Origin: an uncultured Verrucomicrobiales bacterium
GTDB taxonomy: Bacteria > Verrucomicrobiota > Verrucomicrobiia > Verrucomicrobiales > DEV007
DNA: 33,178 nucleotides
Direction of reading: 5' to 3'
Assembly (NCBI GenBank): GCA_938091905.1
Contig: CALKOM010000193.1
Location: 1 to 33,178, forward strand
Position 1 is the stretch's first letter; every line of letters starts with the position of its first letter. This document shows positions 8,346 to 18,442 of the stretch, in pieces. Made by a program: the position numbers and the translations under genes. Under the pieces are notes generated by a model. The model was not told where the DNA came from, did no database searches, and saw nothing but the letters and a program-made list of their open reading frames with translations.

Positions 8346-9332
8346 TCACGCAGCCTGACACTCATGCGCAAGATACTCAGTAGCGATGTCTTCTAATTCA
8401 GTCACACTGGATACTTGAGCAAAGCGCGAGCGAAGGCGCTTCCCCTCAGGAAGTCCCCTGCTATAGGCCATGAGACGCGATCGCATGGCACGCATGGTCT
8501 GGATCTCTTCACCATAGCGATCACTTGCCAAAGCTAGACGAGTGTGGCGAAGAATGAGCGCCCAACGGTCTTCCATTGAAACTGAAGGCAGGATCTCTCC
8601 TGTTTCGAGGTAGTGCTTGGCCTCACGGAATATCCAGGGATTCGCCATAGCCGCGCGGCCGATCATCACACCACTCACCGATGTGCTATCACGACGCGAC
8701 TTGACATCGGAACCACTAGCAAGATCTCCATTCCCAATGATCGGAACCGACGCCACTTCGGCACATTGAGCGATGACATCCCAGTCCGCTTCGCCAGTGT
8801 AACCTTGAGCGCGGGTGCGGCCATGAACAGCAATGGCTTGGATACCTTCACCCTCCAGCGTCTTGACGATTTCTAACGCATTAACCGAATTCGCATCCCA
8901 ACCAATGCGAATCTTCGCGGTGACGGGCACCGACACCGCTCGCGCGATCGTTCCCGCGATTTCCGCTAGAATCGGGCAATCTCGTAAGAGTGATGAGCCT
9001 CCATTCTTGCTGACGACCTTCTTTACAGGACACCCAAAGTTGATGTCGATAAAGTCGGGCCGCTTCCAATCGATGATCTTCTTCGCTGCTTCCGCCATGT
9101 TCTGACCGTTGGCACCAAAGAGCTGCACGCCAACGGGACGTTGCTCGTCGGAGAATTCGGTATACTTGCGAGTGCGATCATCACGACGAATGATTCCTTC
9201 CGCCGAAACAAACTCTGTCACCATGACATCCGCGCCTAACTCTTTGCACAGTGAACGGAAGACCACATCTGTCACTCCCGCCATCGGCGCGAGGTAGAGA
9301 GGAAACCGACCGTCCTGAAACCAGGGCAACAT
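8346..9332 (-). CDS. dusB: tRNA-dihydrouridine synthase B
   Basis: Motifs LAPMAG, DINFGCP, VHGRT, IGNGD and VMIGRAA. Confidence 0.93.
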   Translation of the reverse strand: MLPWFQDGRFPLYLAPMAGVTDVVFRSLCKELGADVMVTEFVSAEGIIRRDDRTRKYTEFSDEQRPVGVQLFGANGQNMAEAAKKIIDWKRPDFIDINFGCPVKKVVSKNGGSSLLRDCPILAEIAGTIARAVSVPVTAKIRIGWDANSVNALEIVKTLEGEGIQAIAVHGRTRAQGYTGEADWDVIAQCAEVASVPIIGNGDLASGSDVKSRRDSTSVSGVMIGRAAMANPWIFREAKHYLETGEILPSVSMEDRWALILRHTRLALASDRYGEEIQTMRAMRSRLMAYSRGLPEGKRLRSRFAQVSSVTELEDIATEYLAHECQAA

Positions 9333-9350
9333 GCGGCGAAGATATGGGCG

Positions 9351-10220
9351 TTAAGCGCCTTTGGCTAGGCGCTGATTGTACTGGATTGACTTGCGGAAAT
9401 AGTTAATCCGCCCGACAAGATCCATGTGCTTCTGAGTGGCTTTGCGCAGACCAGGGGTGCCGGTGGGATTCGCACTCAGGTAAAGGCCGATCTTCGACTG
9501 CAGATCACTCCGCTCGCGCTCGTAAGCGCCAAGCTTGGCCATGCAATCGGCAAGACGTTTAGAATTCTCTCCGATCTTCTGGGAGATCTTGGCTGTCTTC
9601 TGGCCGATCTCAGTGCGCTTGGCATGGATGGCTTCGTCGACTTGGAGAAGACGAGTTTCCACAGACTCAATCTGTTCGTTCCGACTGATCGTGAGATCTT
9701 TGCGCTCGTTGAACTGCTCGCGCAGTTCCTTCAGAACCCCCTGAATGTTTTCCAAGTCTTCTTCGCTACCGTTCTGCTCCTTTAAAACTTTGTATTTCAC
9801 CTTGTGCCCATCGAAACGCCGCCGAATCTCGGCCGCCTCTTCGCGAATTTCTTCGATCTCCAAGAGGTACTGGTCCACGTCTTCAGCGACCTCATTGCGC
9901 TGCTCGACCAACTGATCTATTTCCTCATGAAGATCTTCAGTGAGGTCAAAGATCTCATCCTCAAGCCCTTCGTTCTCATCAGTCAGGCGCTCAATTTCAT
10001 TCTCCAACTCTTGTTCCTGGCCTTCAATGTTCCGTAGCTGCCAGAACTCACCGGTCAATTCATCTACGTCATCGGCCTCTCGCCACGCAACCCGCCCAAG
10101 AAGATCTTCGGCCTCTTTGAGGACCTGAAGCTCCTTGTTAGCGATTTCCCAGCGCTTTTTGACCCGTTTGATCCCAAACTGCCAAAGCACGCGCCGATAC
10201 ACATAACCGAAGGCATTCAT
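9351..10220 (-). CDS. Hypothetical long coiled-coil protein
   Basis: 289 aa uninterrupted E/K/L/Q-rich heptad sequence with basic termini, ending 18 bp upstream of dusB on the same strand. Confidence 0.8.
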   Translation of the reverse strand: MNAFGYVYRRVLWQFGIKRVKKRWEIANKELQVLKEAEDLLGRVAWREADDVDELTGEFWQLRNIEGQEQELENEIERLTDENEGLEDEIFDLTEDLHEEIDQLVEQRNEVAEDVDQYLLEIEEIREEAAEIRRRFDGHKVKYKVLKEQNGSEEDLENIQGVLKELREQFNERKDLTISRNEQIESVETRLLQVDEAIHAKRTEIGQKTAKISQKIGENSKRLADCMAKLGAYERERSDLQSKIGLYLSANPTGTPGLRKATQKHMDLVGRINYFRKSIQYNQRLAKGA

Positions 10221-10341
10221 ATTTGCTTCTAGTTAATTATACAGACTTCAGAAAATTCAAGGTTTGAGAAGGAATTGCACGGGCGGCCCGCAGTAACACC
10301 TCGAACTCGAGATCTATCAACTCAATTAAATCGTCGGCACT

Positions 10342-12300
10342 CTACTCATCTTCTCCAGCCTGCAAGCTGGCCACCACGCTGAAATCTTCCAAAGTCGTCG
10401 TATCACCAGAAATGGCTCCACTGCCTGAGCAAATCTCTTTGAGCAAGCGACGCATGATCTTGCCAGAACGCGTCTTAGGCAGTGCCTCTGTAAAGCGAAT
10501 CACATCGGGTTTAGCAATGGCTCCAATGACCTTGCCCACGTGGGCACGTAGCGTATCACGCAACTCCGGACCGGCATCATAACCTTCCTTCAGAGTAACG
10601 AAGGCGACAACTCCCTGCCCTTTGATCTCATCGGGGCGCCCCACCGCGGCTGCCTCAGCCACACTTTCATGGCTCACGAGCGCACTCTCAATCTCTGCCG
10701 TTCCAAGACGATGCCCGGATACATTCAGCACGTCGTCCAATCGCCCAACGATCCAAAAATAGCCGTCTTCATCACGACGAGCCCCATCACCAGCAAGGTA
10801 GATCCCCTCATACTCGCCCCAGTAGGTTTCCTTGTAGCGCCCATCATCCCCATAAATCGTCCGTAGCATCGACGGCCACGGCTTACGAATCACGAGCTTG
10901 CCACCTTCATTGGGTCCCACCTCATTGCCCTCTTCGTCCAAGATGGCCGCATCCACGCCAAAGAAAGGAAGCGTCGCGGTGCCTGGCTTGGTCGGAGTCG
11001 CTCCAGGCAGAGGCGTAAGCATGATCGCACCTGTTTCCGTCTGCCACCAGGTATCGACAATTGGGCAACGTCCCCCACCAATCTTCTCGTGATACCACAT
11101 CCACGCTTCTGGATTGATCGGTTCACCCACAGTCCCTAACAATCGCAGCGAAGAAAGATCGTGTTTGTCCACATGCTCGTCTCCCCATTTTATAAAAGCA
11201 CGAATCGCCGTCGGCGCGGTATAAAGAATGGTTGCGCGATGCTTCTCCACAAGCTGCCAGAATCGATCTGGCTCTGGCCAGTTCGGGGCGCCCTCATACA
11301 TCAAAATCGACGCGCCGTTCGCGAGAGGCCCATAGACAATGTAACTGTGGCCGGTGATCCAGCCTACATCGGCCGTGCACCAGTATACATCATCCTCTCG
11401 CAAGTCAAATATGTATTTGCTAGTAGCGTAAGTGCCGGTCAAATAGCCTCCACTCGTATGCATGATCCCCTTGGGCTTCCCTGTAGAACCGCTCGTGTAG
11501 AGAATGAAGAGCGGGTGCTCACTATCAAAAGCTTCTGCCGGACAATCTGTCGAGACATCGGCCACCGCATCGTGCCACCAGACATCCCGTCCCTCGACCA
11601 TCGCCACCTCGTTCTTGGTGCGCTCTAGGACGATCACTTTCTGAATTGTTTCGACCTTGGTTAGAGCCTCATCAACGTTTGCTTTAAGAGCAACGACACC
11701 ACCGCGGCGGAAACCACCATCCGCCGTGATCACGGCGGTTGCCCCACTATCTTCGATACGATCCTTGATACTCTCGGCGCTGAATCCACCGAACACCACC
11801 GAATGCACCGCGCCAATGCGGGCGCACGCTAACATCGCAATAGCAGCCTCAGGCACCATTGGCATGTAGATGATCACACGGTCACCGACTTTCACACCAT
11901 TCGCTTTAAGTGCATTGGCAAAACGGCAGACCTCTTTATGAAGTTCTTGATAGGTCAGGGTGCGCACCTCACCCGGCTCGCCTTCCCAAATAATAGCTTT
12001 CTTGTCCTTGCGCGCACCTTGCAAATGATGGTCCACGCAGCTCTCGCTGACATTCAACTTGCCGCCCACAAACCACTTGGCGAAGGGGGCGTCCCATTCC
12101 AACACGGTGTCCCATTTCTTTTGCCAATGCAGTTCGCTGGCCTCTGCTGCCCAGAAGGCTTCCGGATCGGCAATAGACTGATCGTAGAGTTCCTTGTAGC
12201 GCTTCATACTGGGGATGCGCGCCTGCTTGGCAAAGGCCTCTGCGGGAGGGAACTTGCGATCTTCGTTGAGGTGAGATTCGATCTTCGTGCTGTCAGCCAT
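10342..12300 (-). CDS. acs: Acetyl-CoA synthetase (AMP-forming)
   Basis: Motifs [34 protein letters not shown] and [12 protein letters not shown]. Confidence 0.97.
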   Translation of the reverse strand: MADSTKIESHLNEDRKFPPAEAFAKQARIPSMKRYKELYDQSIADPEAFWAAEASELHWQKKWDTVLEWDAPFAKWFVGGKLNVSESCVDHHLQGARKDKKAIIWEGEPGEVRTLTYQELHKEVCRFANALKANGVKVGDRVIIYMPMVPEAAIAMLACARIGAVHSVVFGGFSAESIKDRIEDSGATAVITADGGFRRGGVVALKANVDEALTKVETIQKVIVLERTKNEVAMVEGRDVWWHDAVADVSTDCPAEAFDSEHPLFILYTSGSTGKPKGIMHTSGGYLTGTYATSKYIFDLREDDVYWCTADVGWITGHSYIVYGPLANGASILMYEGAPNWPEPDRFWQLVEKHRATILYTAPTAIRAFIKWGDEHVDKHDLSSLRLLGTVGEPINPEAWMWYHEKIGGGRCPIVDTWWQTETGAIMLTPLPGATPTKPGTATLPFFGVDAAILDEEGNEVGPNEGGKLVIRKPWPSMLRTIYGDDGRYKETYWGEYEGIYLAGDGARRDEDGYFWIVGRLDDVLNVSGHRLGTAEIESALVSHESVAEAAAVGRPDEIKGQGVVAFVTLKEGYDAGPELRDTLRAHVGKVIGAIAKPDVIRFTEALPKTRSGKIMRRLLKEICSGSGAISGDTTTLEDFSVVASLQAGEDE

Positions 12301-12825
12301 GAGAAATAGAAGGGATTTGTTAATGCTCGTCTACGCGATGCCCACCAGAATGGCAAGTCCGAGCCCCGTTCACCTCCACCAGAAACATGAAAACGTGTCT
12401 CGATTTCCAAACCGTGGCCGTCTGCTTCTGAATCGGTGATCTCCTACCCGTTTTCGTGAAGAATTGGATCGCAAGTCTAACGAGTCTTCAAAGCCCTCAA
12501 TACCTGTTCTTGCCGCCCGCGAATATTTCATTAATCCAAATCGTGACTCTGTTTCCATACCGAGCGGAGAGCTAGCTTGTCACCATGATCGCCACACCGC
12601 ACAAGACCCCAGCTTCATTGCCCAAGTCTCAGTCGAATAGCCATAGAAGCCCGAGCATCAGAGTGACGCCAAGGAGGGAACACACAAATCGGACCCTGAA
12701 ATTCATAGCGGCTTGACGATCGGGCCATGTCGCAAGCTATCGAAGGAATCCCCATGGAGCGCGGCTCCATCCCGCACCGGTTTTCTCTTTACTGAACGTC
12801 CGTTCTACCCGACATCGACAGTCTT

Positions 12826-13632
12826 ATGGAGAACCGTATCGATGCCCTGTTTAGCCGCCTTCAGACTGAGGGTAAGAAGGCCTTCGTCGCCTATGTCGCC
12901 GCGGGCGATCCAGACCTGGAGCATTGCAAAGCGGTAATCAAAGGCTTGGCCGATGCTGGTGCTGATCTAATCGAACTCGGCGTCCCTTTCTCTGACCCTC
13001 TGGCTGACGGAATCGTGAATCAATTGGCGGCCCAGCGCGCCCTCGATGCCGGCACCACAACCGCGAAGGTCATTGAACTCATCCGAGACGTCCGAGCTGA
13101 CGGCGTGGAAGCGCCCATCGTGCTCTTCACCTACCTGAACCCAATCTACACCTACGGATTCGAGGCTTTCCACAAGGACGCCTCTGCGGCAGGAGCTGAT
13201 GGTATACTCAGTCTCGATTTGCCACCAGATGAGGAAGGCTGTCACCAGGAACTCGCTTATAACGAGGGACTTCGCCACATCAGGCTGATCGCACCGACGT
13301 CTCCTGAAAAGCGCATTGAATCGATCGCCAAGGCCGCCGAGGGCTTCATTTATTACGTGTCCCGTGAAGGCGTTACGGGCGTGCAAGACACGATGGAGGC
13401 TTCCATCGGAGGCCAGGTCGCCGCGATCAAGAAACACACGGATACTCCGGTCGTGGTCGGCTTTGGCATTTCTACTCCAGATCAGGCGAAGGCCGTGGCC
13501 GAAGAAGCCGATGGCGTGGTCGTCGGCAGCGCCATCGTCAAGATCGTTGCTGAAGAAGGAGCCACCCCAGCACTCGGTCAAAAGGTGTGCGACTTCGTGA
13601 AACCGCTTGTCGACGCGGTGAAGTCTGTTTAA
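12826..13632 (+). CDS. trpA: Tryptophan synthase alpha chain
   Basis: Motifs IELGVPFSDPLADG, YYVSREGVTG, VGFGIS and GVVVGSA. Confidence 0.96.
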   Translation: MENRIDALFSRLQTEGKKAFVAYVAAGDPDLEHCKAVIKGLADAGADLIELGVPFSDPLADGIVNQLAAQRALDAGTTTAKVIELIRDVRADGVEAPIVLFTYLNPIYTYGFEAFHKDASAAGADGILSLDLPPDEEGCHQELAYNEGLRHIRLIAPTSPEKRIESIAKAAEGFIYYVSREGVTGVQDTMEASIGGQVAAIKKHTDTPVVVGFGISTPDQAKAVAEEADGVVVGSAIVKIVAEEGATPALGQKVCDFVKPLVDAVKSV

Positions 13633-13656
13633 GGAACTCTGAACTGCCCAAAGGCC

Positions 13657-14481
13657 ATGTCATTGACATTCACAAAGATGAATGGGGCCGGGAATGATTT
13701 CGTGGTGCTCGATAACCGCGACGGAAGCCGGTCACTTTCCCACGCTCAAATCGCCCACCTCTGCGATCGTCATCGCGGCGTGGGCGCTGACGGACTCATG
13801 TTAGTAGAACCTCCAGAGAATGTTGCCACGGCCCGCATGCGGTATTACAACGCCGATGGCGGTGAAGCGGAAATGTGCGGCAACGGCGCGCGCTGCTTCG
13901 CCAAGTTCGTCAATCGCTTGCATGACGACGCGTTGACTGACCTTTGTTTTGAAACGGTCGCAGGCGTGATCGGTGCGACCTTCCCCGGCAGCAACGGCGA
14001 TGTGTGTGTGCAACTCAGCGATCCGTTTGACCTGAAACTCGGCCAAGAACTTGCCCTAGCAGACGGCCTGAATCACCAAGTGCATTCGTTCAACACAGGC
14101 GTCCCCCATGCCGTGGTCTTTGGCAACGCCATCGATGCCATCGACATCGTCCCCCAAGGAGCCAGCATACGCCATCACGAAGCCTTCGCGCCAAAGGGCA
14201 CCAACGCCAACTTCGCCGAGGTGCTAGATCCGCAAAGCCTCCGCATCCGTACCTACGAACGCGGTGTCGAAGACGAGACCCTCGCTTGCGGCACCGGCAT
14301 GGCGGCCTGCGCCTTGCTCCACGCTGAACTCACCGGTGCGACCTCGCCCATTTCAGTGAAAGTTGCTGGTGGCGATACCCTTTCCATAGGCTTCACCAAA
14401 GACAGTGGAGCCTATCAGAATGTCACTCTCACGGGACCGGCGGACTTCGTGTTCGAAGGCACCCTCACCCTACCCGTATAA
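13657..14481 (+). CDS. dapF: Diaminopimelate epimerase
   Basis: Motifs FTKMNGAGNDF, EMCGNG, TGVPH and ERGVEDETLACGTG. Confidence 0.96.
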   Translation: MSLTFTKMNGAGNDFVVLDNRDGSRSLSHAQIAHLCDRHRGVGADGLMLVEPPENVATARMRYYNADGGEAEMCGNGARCFAKFVNRLHDDALTDLCFETVAGVIGATFPGSNGDVCVQLSDPFDLKLGQELALADGLNHQVHSFNTGVPHAVVFGNAIDAIDIVPQGASIRHHEAFAPKGTNANFAEVLDPQSLRIRTYERGVEDETLACGTGMAACALLHAELTGATSPISVKVAGGDTLSIGFTKDSGAYQNVTLTGPADFVFEGTLTLPV

Positions 14482-14502
14482 CAAAGAAAGAAAGTAAGAC
14501 GC

Positions 14503-15393
14503 ATGTTCGAAGGAGCCCACACTGCCCTCATCACCCCGTTTGAAAACGGGAACCGAAACCTCGACGAAGCCGCCTTGCGGGCACTCGTGGTGAAACAAGT
14601 GGCAGCTGGCATCTCGGGACTCGTCCCCGTCGGCACTACCGGAGAATCTCCCACCGTGTCCCACGATGAACATCAGCGCGTGATCGAAGTCACCATCGAA
14701 GCCGCGAACAAGCGGTGCATGGTCACGGCTGGTACGGGGTCGAATTCCACACGCGAAGCCATTGCCATGACACAAGCAGCTGAGAAGGCTGGTGCCGATG
14801 CGGCCTTGCATGTCGCGCCCTATTACAACAAGCCCTCACAAGAAGGCCTCTATCAGCATTTCAAAGCTATTGCCGAAGCCACGTCCTTGCCCATCATGCT
14901 CTACAGCATTCCAGGACGTTGCGGCATTGCCATTGATATCGATACCGTGGCTCGATTACATGACGTTTGCCCTAACATCTGCGCGATGAAAGAAGCAGGA
15001 GGGAATCCCGAGCGCGTGAGTCAACTCAAAGCGGCAACTCCCAACACCTTTGATATTCTCTCGGGCGATGACTCGCTCACGATCCCCTTCATGTCAGTCG
15101 GGGCCGTCGGTGTGGTCAGTGTCGCTGGCAATCTCATTCCTCAGGCCATGGCTGACATGGTCAAGGCTGCCAACGAGGGGCGCTGGACCGACGCTCTGGC
15201 CATTCACGAGAAGTATTACCCGCTCTTTAAGAGCTTCCTCAAGCTAGATACCAACCCAGTTCCAATCAAAGCCGCAATGCACCTCGCCGGTCAGTGCGGC
15301 CCAGATCTACGCCTACCAATGGTCGCCCTTTCTGAAGACAAGACTGCTCAGCTTCGTAGGACACTCACAGAACTCGACCTGCTTCCTGTATGA
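14503..15393 (+). CDS. dapA: 4-hydroxy-tetrahydrodipicolinate synthase
   Basis: Motifs GTTGESPT, PYYNKP, LYSIPGR, KEA (Schiff-base Lys) and NPVPIK. Confidence 0.96.
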   Translation: MFEGAHTALITPFENGNRNLDEAALRALVVKQVAAGISGLVPVGTTGESPTVSHDEHQRVIEVTIEAANKRCMVTAGTGSNSTREAIAMTQAAEKAGADAALHVAPYYNKPSQEGLYQHFKAIAEATSLPIMLYSIPGRCGIAIDIDTVARLHDVCPNICAMKEAGGNPERVSQLKAATPNTFDILSGDDSLTIPFMSVGAVGVVSVAGNLIPQAMADMVKAANEGRWTDALAIHEKYYPLFKSFLKLDTNPVPIKAAMHLAGQCGPDLRLPMVALSEDKTAQLRRTLTELDLLPV

Positions 15394-16136
15394 GTGATTC
15401 CCACATCAACTTGTTAGTCACCGGCGCCCTGGGTCGCATGGGCAAAGCGGTCATTGATTGCTCAGCCAATGATGATGCGATCAAGATTGTTCACCAGATC
15501 GACGTTGGCGATTCCCTCCTCGCCGTTCTGCCAGACTGCAACACCGTGATAGACTTCAGCTTCCATGCCTTCACAGCTGAGCTACTTCGTGCTTGTGTGG
15601 ATCTCGAGAAACGCATCGTCATCGGCACCACAGGGCACTCTGACGACGAGGTAAAACTGATTGAAGAGGCCTCCAAGATGATCCCTATCGTCTTCGCCCC
15701 GAACTACAGCGTAGGCGTCAACCTCCTCTTCTGGATGAGCGGCAAAGCGTCAGAGATACTCGGTGAAAACTTCGATATCGAAGTGATGGAAATGCACCAC
15801 CGACTGAAAAAAGACGCCCCTAGCGGAACCGCCAAGCGACTGGCAGAGATTCTCGCCGAATCACGTGGACTCATTTATAACGAGCACGCCCAGCACGGCC
15901 GCGAAGGCATCATCGGCGAACGCCCGAAGAACGAGATTGGCGTTCACGCCCTGCGCGGAGGTGATGTCGTGGGCGATCACACCGTGACCTATGCAGCCGT
16001 CGGTGAACGTGTTGAACTTTCCCACAAAGCCTCTAGCCGCGACACCTTTGCCAACGGTGCCATTCGAGCTTCGAAATGGCTTCAAGACAAGCCTGCTGGT
16101 CTCTATGACATGCAGGACGTCTTAGAACTTAAGTAG
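15390..16136 (+). CDS. dapB: 4-hydroxy-tetrahydrodipicolinate reductase
   Basis: Motifs GALGRMG, IDFS, IGTTG and EMHHRLKKDAPSGTA; ATGA overlap with dapA. Confidence 0.96.
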   Translation: MSDSHINLLVTGALGRMGKAVIDCSANDDAIKIVHQIDVGDSLLAVLPDCNTVIDFSFHAFTAELLRACVDLEKRIVIGTTGHSDDEVKLIEEASKMIPIVFAPNYSVGVNLLFWMSGKASEILGENFDIEVMEMHHRLKKDAPSGTAKRLAEILAESRGLIYNEHAQHGREGIIGERPKNEIGVHALRGGDVVGDHTVTYAAVGERVELSHKASSRDTFANGAIRASKWLQDKPAGLYDMQDVLELK

Positions 16137-16145
16137 CAGTCCCGA

Positions 16146-16194
16146 GGTGCCACCGGCATCCTAACGGTGTCCGTGGACTAGAAGCCCACTCTAC
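16146..16194. repeat. Degenerate REP-like inverted pair between dapB and folK
   Basis: GGTGCCACCGGCATCCTAACGGTG followed by GTGGACTAGAAGCCCACTCTAC (minus strand GTAGAGTGGGCTTCTAGTCCAC). Confidence 0.5.
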
Positions 16195-16202
16195 TGTATT
16201 CC

Positions 16203-16679
16203 ATGCACGTCAACGACACCTGGTGTGCCCTTGCCCTCGGCTCCAACCTCGGAGACCGCCATGCGCTCATTGAAAGCGCAATCCAAGCACTTTCAGAAAT
16301 CGAGAAGCTAACCAATCTCGAAAGCGCCCCTCTTTACGAAACCGAACCCGTCGATTGCCCAGCAGGCTCCCCCAACTTTCTCAACACGATCATCCAAGCA
16401 CGTTACACGGGAGACATCTATAATCTCCTCGATCAGACCCAAGCCATCGAGCATCAACTCGGCCGTCAGCGTAAAGGGATCCACAACGAGGCTCGCATCA
16501 TCGACATCGATCTCGTCCTCATCGACGGCATCACCGTTGAGACCGATCGCCTTATTCTCCCTCACCCCCGTATGCATGAGCGTTTATTCGTGCTGAAACC
16601 GCTGGCCGATCTCCAACCAGAGTTGATCCTTCCCAATGGAAAACCCATCCAGGAAGCGGTCCATGAACAACAGCACTAA
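16203..16679 (+). CDS. folK: 2-amino-4-hydroxy-6-hydroxymethyldihydropteridine pyrophosphokinase (HPPK)
   Basis: Motifs LALGSNLGDR, EHQLGR, ARIIDIDL and LPHPRMHERLFVLKPL. Confidence 0.95.
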   Translation: MHVNDTWCALALGSNLGDRHALIESAIQALSEIEKLTNLESAPLYETEPVDCPAGSPNFLNTIIQARYTGDIYNLLDQTQAIEHQLGRQRKGIHNEARIIDIDLVLIDGITVETDRLILPHPRMHERLFVLKPLADLQPELILPNGKPIQEAVHEQQH

Positions 16680-16842
16680 CGACAAAGCAGCAGGCATTCA
16701 TACACACGCTACTGTTAGGGCAAGAAACATGTCCTAAATCTTTATGAACGACGTTGGGCTAGAACATCCCTAAGCCCTGGGTCTGCGGCAGGAACAATTT
16801 CAGTCTGAAAGACTGACTCATAAAAGACCAAGTCCCAAGCCC

Positions 16843-17248
16843 TTAAATCCCACACCTACCGTCCGTCGAACTCTATCTGGCACTTTGCAAGGATCTTGCG
16901 ATATTCATCCTGAAAAGACTCATCCTTGTGGTGCTCTCCTTCTTTCTCGATGTAGGCGATCAATCATTCCAACTGTGAGGGCACTACAGAGAAGGCTCCA
17001 TAACCATTCTGCCAATAGAAGGGCTGATAGCGCTCGTCCTGCTCCTTGATCCATTTCGATGAACTCTTCAATGAGTTTGCTCACGGAAAGTTTACACCGC
17101 CGAAACGATAGGCTTCGGCGGTGAGGCCTCGACAAACCCTCGCGAGGCAGGCATGCATCAAGGCTCGAGTAGAACGATCCAAATAGAGTTGCCAATCCTT
17201 CTTGATGAAAACTAAATGCAAGATGATTCGACTCAGAAACTGCGCCAT
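16843..17248 (-). pseudogene. tnpA: IS200/IS605-family Y1 transposase (TnpA/RAYT-like) pseudogene
   Basis: Hand translation: MAQFLSRIILHLVF...MHACLARVCR...AYRFGGV / LSVSKLIEE / SSSKWIKEQDERYQPFYWQNGYGAFSV / SQLE*LIAYIEKEGEHHKDESFQDEYRKIL...EFDGR*VWD. It has several frameshifts and two stops, and the HUH segment is missing. Confidence 0.9.
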
Positions 17249-17453
17249 AAACTGATGGTCACCTGTCGGAATCTAAAACCGAAGTTGGGCAATATGGCTT
17301 ATGCCTTCAAGCTGCCCGAAATATTTCACCAGTCCCTGGACGTTGCCCTTGGAACTGTTGATTGAGCCCGTTGGGATCCATTGTTGGCTGCGTTCAATCC
17401 TAGAGCGCTGCCCTATATGCCCTGTGCCTTCACCGTCGATGCCATCAAGGCTC

Positions 17454-17482
17454 TTGAACTAGAGGGTCCACTTTCATAGCGT
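17454..17482 (+). promoter_or_regulatory. Sigma70-type promoter, probably giving a leaderless mRNA
   Basis: TTGAAC-N17-TAGCGT-N6-ATG(17489); no Shine-Dalgarno sequence. Confidence 0.6.
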
Positions 17483-17488
17483 GTCTTC

Positions 17489-18442
17489 ATGAGACTCGCT
17501 TTGTTCCTCTTCTTCTGGCTGCTTTTCACAGCCTCTGGGCAGCAGCCCCTAACCAAATCCTTGCCGCCTCGGATCGCCAAGACCGTGCGTGAGGTCCTCG
17601 ATAAGCCCTATGCCGACACCCAAAACCCTCGTCAGCGGCTCGATCTCATTCTCCCTAGCAAACCCGCATCAAAAGCCATACCCGCCATCGTCTTCATCCA
17701 CGGCGGTGCCTGGCGGCAAGGCAACAAGCGCAGTGGTCGCAGATTGCTCACGCCTTTCGTCGAGTCCGGAAGGTATGTGGGTGTCAGTGTCGGCTATCGC
17801 CTGAGCCAGGAAGCTCGTTGGCCTGCCCAGATCCACGATTGCAAAGCAGCCATCCGTTGGATTCGAGCAAACGCAAAAGCTTATGGCATCGACCCAAAAA
17901 AGATTGCCGTATGGGGAACCTCGGCCGGCGGCCACCTCGTCTCTATGTTAGGTGTCTCCGAAAACATTGAAGACCTGGAAGGTGCGTTAGGCAAACACAC
18001 CAATGAAAGCAGCCGTGTAACCTGTGTGGCCAATTACTTCGGGCCTTCTGCATTGCTAACTATGGACGACTTTCCTAGCAGCATCACCCACAACTCGTCT
18101 GACTCTCCAGAATCTCAGCTCATCGGGGGTCCGATTCAAGAGCACAAGGAGAAGAGCCAAAACGCCTCGCCTATCACACACGTGACCAAGGACGACGCTC
18201 CGTTCCTCCACGTTCACGGAGATCAGGACAAGCTCGTTCCATTCAATCAATCTCAAGTCCTTGATGCCGCCTTGGATAAGGCAGGCGTTCCATCCCTGCT
18301 CATCACCATGAGAGACAGAGGCCATGGCGGGTTCAATAGCCCCGAACTCGACACCCTGCTTCAGCGCTTCTTCGGCTTGTATCTCTACGACCAATCCTTT
18401 TCCCTTGAAGAACAAACCCTCGCACCAACTCCAGCCCGATGA
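17489..18442 (+). CDS. Secreted alpha/beta hydrolase (esterase, BD-FAE/HSL-like)
   Basis: Signal peptide; HGGAW oxyanion motif; GTSAGG nucleophile elbow; HGDQD acid region; GHG catalytic His. Confidence 0.92.
   Translation: MRLALFLFFWLLFTASGQQPLTKSLPPRIAKTVREVLDKPYADTQNPRQRLDLILPSKPASKAIPAIVFIHGGAWRQGNKRSGRRLLTPFVESGRYVGVSVGYRLSQEARWPAQIHDCKAAIRWIRANAKAYGIDPKKIAVWGTSAGGHLVSMLGVSENIEDLEGALGKHTNESSRVTCVANYFGPSALLTMDDFPSSITHNSSDSPESQLIGGPIQEHKEKSQNASPITHVTKDDAPFLHVHGDQDKLVPFNQSQVLDAALDKAGVPSLLITMRDRGHGGFNSPELDTLLQRFFGLYLYDQSFSLEEQTLAPTPAR

Noticed and set aside
12754..12795. uORF MERGSIPHRFSLY and hairpin ATGGAGC-GCG-GCTCCAT as a trp attenuator
   Set aside because: No Trp codons and no terminator/antiterminator pair before trpA.
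12967..13581. Long antisense ORFs (also 22304-23053, 20922-21449, 11161-11628 and others)
   Set aside because: Shadow frames opposite well-supported genes, expected from codon bias at this GC content; no motifs.
16920..17195. 91-aa ORF as a real gene
   Set aside because: Mostly an off-frame reading of the tnpA pseudogene.
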